The position numbers were made by a program, and so were the translations under genes. A stretch of 63,991 bases of DNA, filler included, from Asterionella formosa (taxonomy: Eukaryota): assembly GCA_002256025.1 (NCBI GenBank). It is 8 parts of 8 records of this genome, joined end to end, with 100 filler letters (N's around TTAATTAATTAA, not from the genome) between each part and the next. Parts side by side here need not be neighbours in the genome. Positions count along the whole stretch, not along the records: positions 56,156 to 63,991 come from NKIB01012372.1; 7 more parts are not named here. The stretch is one strand, 5' to 3'. The notes under the pieces were generated by a model, which saw nothing but the letters and a program-made list of their open reading frames with translations, had not been told where the DNA came from and searched no databases. Positions within the stretch are counted from its first letter, which is position 1; every line of letters begins with the position of its first letter. Of the stretch, positions 61,980 through 63,991 are shown in pieces.

Positions 61980-63272
61980 TTATATTGAATCCATAACGTG
62001 TTTCAGAAATCTTGCCATTTCGGCCGGTGCCCATGAAGTTTCAGGGACAGTTTCTCCAATTCCTAATTGATGAAAGACATAGCCTAAATGCCCCCCGTTA
62101 CTAGTTTGTACCATCTTTACAGGCGCTTGTCCTCCATGCTCCCGTGACTTCTCCAAAGGAAAGTAGTCAGTATCCATAAATGGGTCGTCCTTGGCATTCA
62201 AAATCAAGGTAGGCACTGCAATTCTTTCCAAGAAATAAGCAGACGAAGTTTTTCGATAATAGTCCATGGCATTATCAAAACCATAAATAGGAGCGATGAA
62301 AGCATCGTCGAAGTCGGTAATTGTCGCCGCATTCACTGCCCCAAAGTAATCAAACAGGGTAGTTGTTTCGTCTCCGTTGCAAAACTGGTCCAGCTGTTCT
62401 CGAGCCTTTAGTCGCAGCGTTCTTAGTAGGTTGTTGGTATAGATCAGACGATTGATTCCGGGTTGACCTAAGCAGGGAGCATTCCGCTCATTGTCCATGG
62501 GAACACAAAACGTCGCTGCTCCTTGAATGTTGTAAGATTCTACTGCAGCCGCTTCGAGTTCTCCGAGAGCTTTCAAGACACAGTTTCCGCCGAGAGAAAA
62601 TCCAGCCAAAAAGATGGGCTGAGCCGCTGGTGCCAGTAGTCCTAAGAAGTGCACGAGATCTGAAGTAAATCCCAAGTGATATCCTCCAACAGTAAGATTT
62701 GGTTCACCAGAGCATCCGCGAAAATTGATACAGCAGACGTCCAAGTCTAATGATCCAAATGCTCTGGCCATTTGTTGTGTCAGTGACGATTTCGAATTTG
62801 ATTCGAGACCATGCATAATAACCACTAAACCCTTGGAATTGGTGGAATATTTAAAGTCAACATCAAAAAAGTCCCCGTCTGGCGTATTGAATCGTTTCCT
62901 TTCCTCCCAAAATGGAGGTACTTCTGTTTGCTGGTTTGAAAGTTTCAATAGGGCTAGCAACGTCGCGGTAGGTTCTACTGAGATAGCACATTCCGGAATA
63001 TCGCGGACGAAAAAGGATCCAATGGTTTGTATATGGCAGTTTCTCAAAACTGGGATGGGATTAAAATCTTTGGGTTTAAATGACGAAGCGATATACCCAG
63101 CCCGTTGCTGCAATTCTTTGAGTTCATTCATGGAATTTTCATTCTCCTTGCTCGTAGGGGCAAACAAATTCCCCGAAGAATTCTGAACCTTCCTAGGGAG
63201 TATGAAAGTCGAGGTGGATATCAGTAAACTGCGCGAAAGCAAGAATAGAAGGCAAGCGAATCGGATCTTCAT
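61980..63272 (-). CDS. Alpha/beta hydrolase (YheT/ABHD1-3-like), with signal peptide
   Basis: HIQTIG, PDGDFFDVD, HGLES, NFRGCSG, GFSLGG, NAKDDPF and GGHLGY. Confidence 0.88.
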   Translation of the reverse strand: MKIRFACLLFLLSRSLLISTSTFILPRKVQNSSGNLFAPTSKENENSMNELKELQQRAGYIASSFKPKDFNPIPVLRNCHIQTIGSFFVRDIPECAISVEPTATLLALLKLSNQQTEVPPFWEERKRFNTPDGDFFDVDFKYSTNSKGLVVIMHGLESNSKSSLTQQMARAFGSLDLDVCCINFRGCSGEPNLTVGGYHLGFTSDLVHFLGLLAPAAQPIFLAGFSLGGNCVLKALGELEAAAVESYNIQGAATFCVPMDNERNAPCLGQPGINRLIYTNNLLRTLRLKAREQLDQFCNGDETTTLFDYFGAVNAATITDFDDAFIAPIYGFDNAMDYYRKTSSAYFLERIAVPTLILNAKDDPFMDTDYFPLEKSREHGGQAPVKMVQTSNGGHLGYVFHQLGIGETVPETSWAPAEMARFLKHVMDSI

Positions 63273-63799
63273 GGCATTCAAATGGTGATGATGTCGCTCT
63301 GCTATATGCCTTTGTGCCCATTCAGCATAGAATTCTCGTTTTCTTTCACATATAGAGAACGTCTTCAAATCAATGATTCAGCGAAATAGATAGCTATCAT
63401 CGATTCCTATAGTGGCAGAAATGGGAGAACAGCATGCTATGAGGAATGAGCATTACTTTCAGAAAATTCCTATCAGTATGAATTTCAGGAAATGATGTCA
63501 TTCAGGAGATTTCAGGGAACTGTCAGCAAATTTCAGGAAATGCATGCAGTTTTCCTGAAGTCTCCAAAATTGGGCTTTTATGGCCACAGTGATCAAACAG
63601 TTGTTGGGATCATTTGAAGCTATTTCTAATTATTTTATCTTCATGTAGTATTTTGATGATTTTACACTGTTACCATCATAGTAGTTATCATCGAGTATTC
63701 CGGAGTACAGGTACAAACTTGAAAGAGAAGTCATAGATTACCTAAAAGGAGTTAGACTTATTGAAAAATTGTACATAAATAAAATGAAGGAGACAACTG

Positions 63800-63991
63800 T
63801 TGGCAGTCCATTAGGAATTAACCAATAGCCTAACCAATCTGTCTCTTGGACCGCCCATTCACACTTAGATGGATCAATTGTTAAACCATTTGCCTGTAAA
63901 CGATGTAAAAAAGTGTCCAATAAATGAATGTGATCCGGAAAATTCATTGAAAAACAACCCACGTCATCAATATAAATTTCCACATCATCTA
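63800..63991 (-). mobile_element. Gypsy reverse transcriptase fragment
   Basis: EIYIDDVGCFS...LQANGLTIDPSKCEWAVQETDWLGYWL; homology stops abruptly. Confidence 0.85.

Overview
This is eukaryotic nuclear DNA, most likely from a diatom; that assignment is inferred from the GC/PDE fusion, bipartite plastid presequences, diatom-type PLAC8/PPR genes and short GT-AG introns. The window is not contiguous. It consists of eight segments of about 7.9 kb joined by 100-bp N-TTAATTAATTAA-N linkers, so adjacency across linkers is uninformative. Host genes: a membrane cyclase-PDE fusion, PLAC8, a USE1 SNARE fused to ankyrin repeats, a partial S9 peptidase, a PDK1-like kinase, a plastid-targeted hypothetical protein, GT49, PPR, GDP-fucose synthase, MYB3R, partial TypA, SEC63, SerRS and an alpha/beta hydrolase. 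Mobile DNA: Gypsy (one full-length decayed copy, a solo LTR and an RT fragment), a Copia-like LTR, a Plavaka transposase, RNase H-bearing LINE remnants, a tRNA-derived SINE and two tiny MITE families. The most interesting signal is a highly iterated palindromic motif, TACCGGTA / TACCWGGTA / (TACCAGG)n, which clusters upstream of most genes. It also appears to be a transposon landing site: two independent insertions of one Gypsy family both carry a CCAGG target-site duplication, and an 88-bp MITE with a CWG duplication sits inside the arrays.
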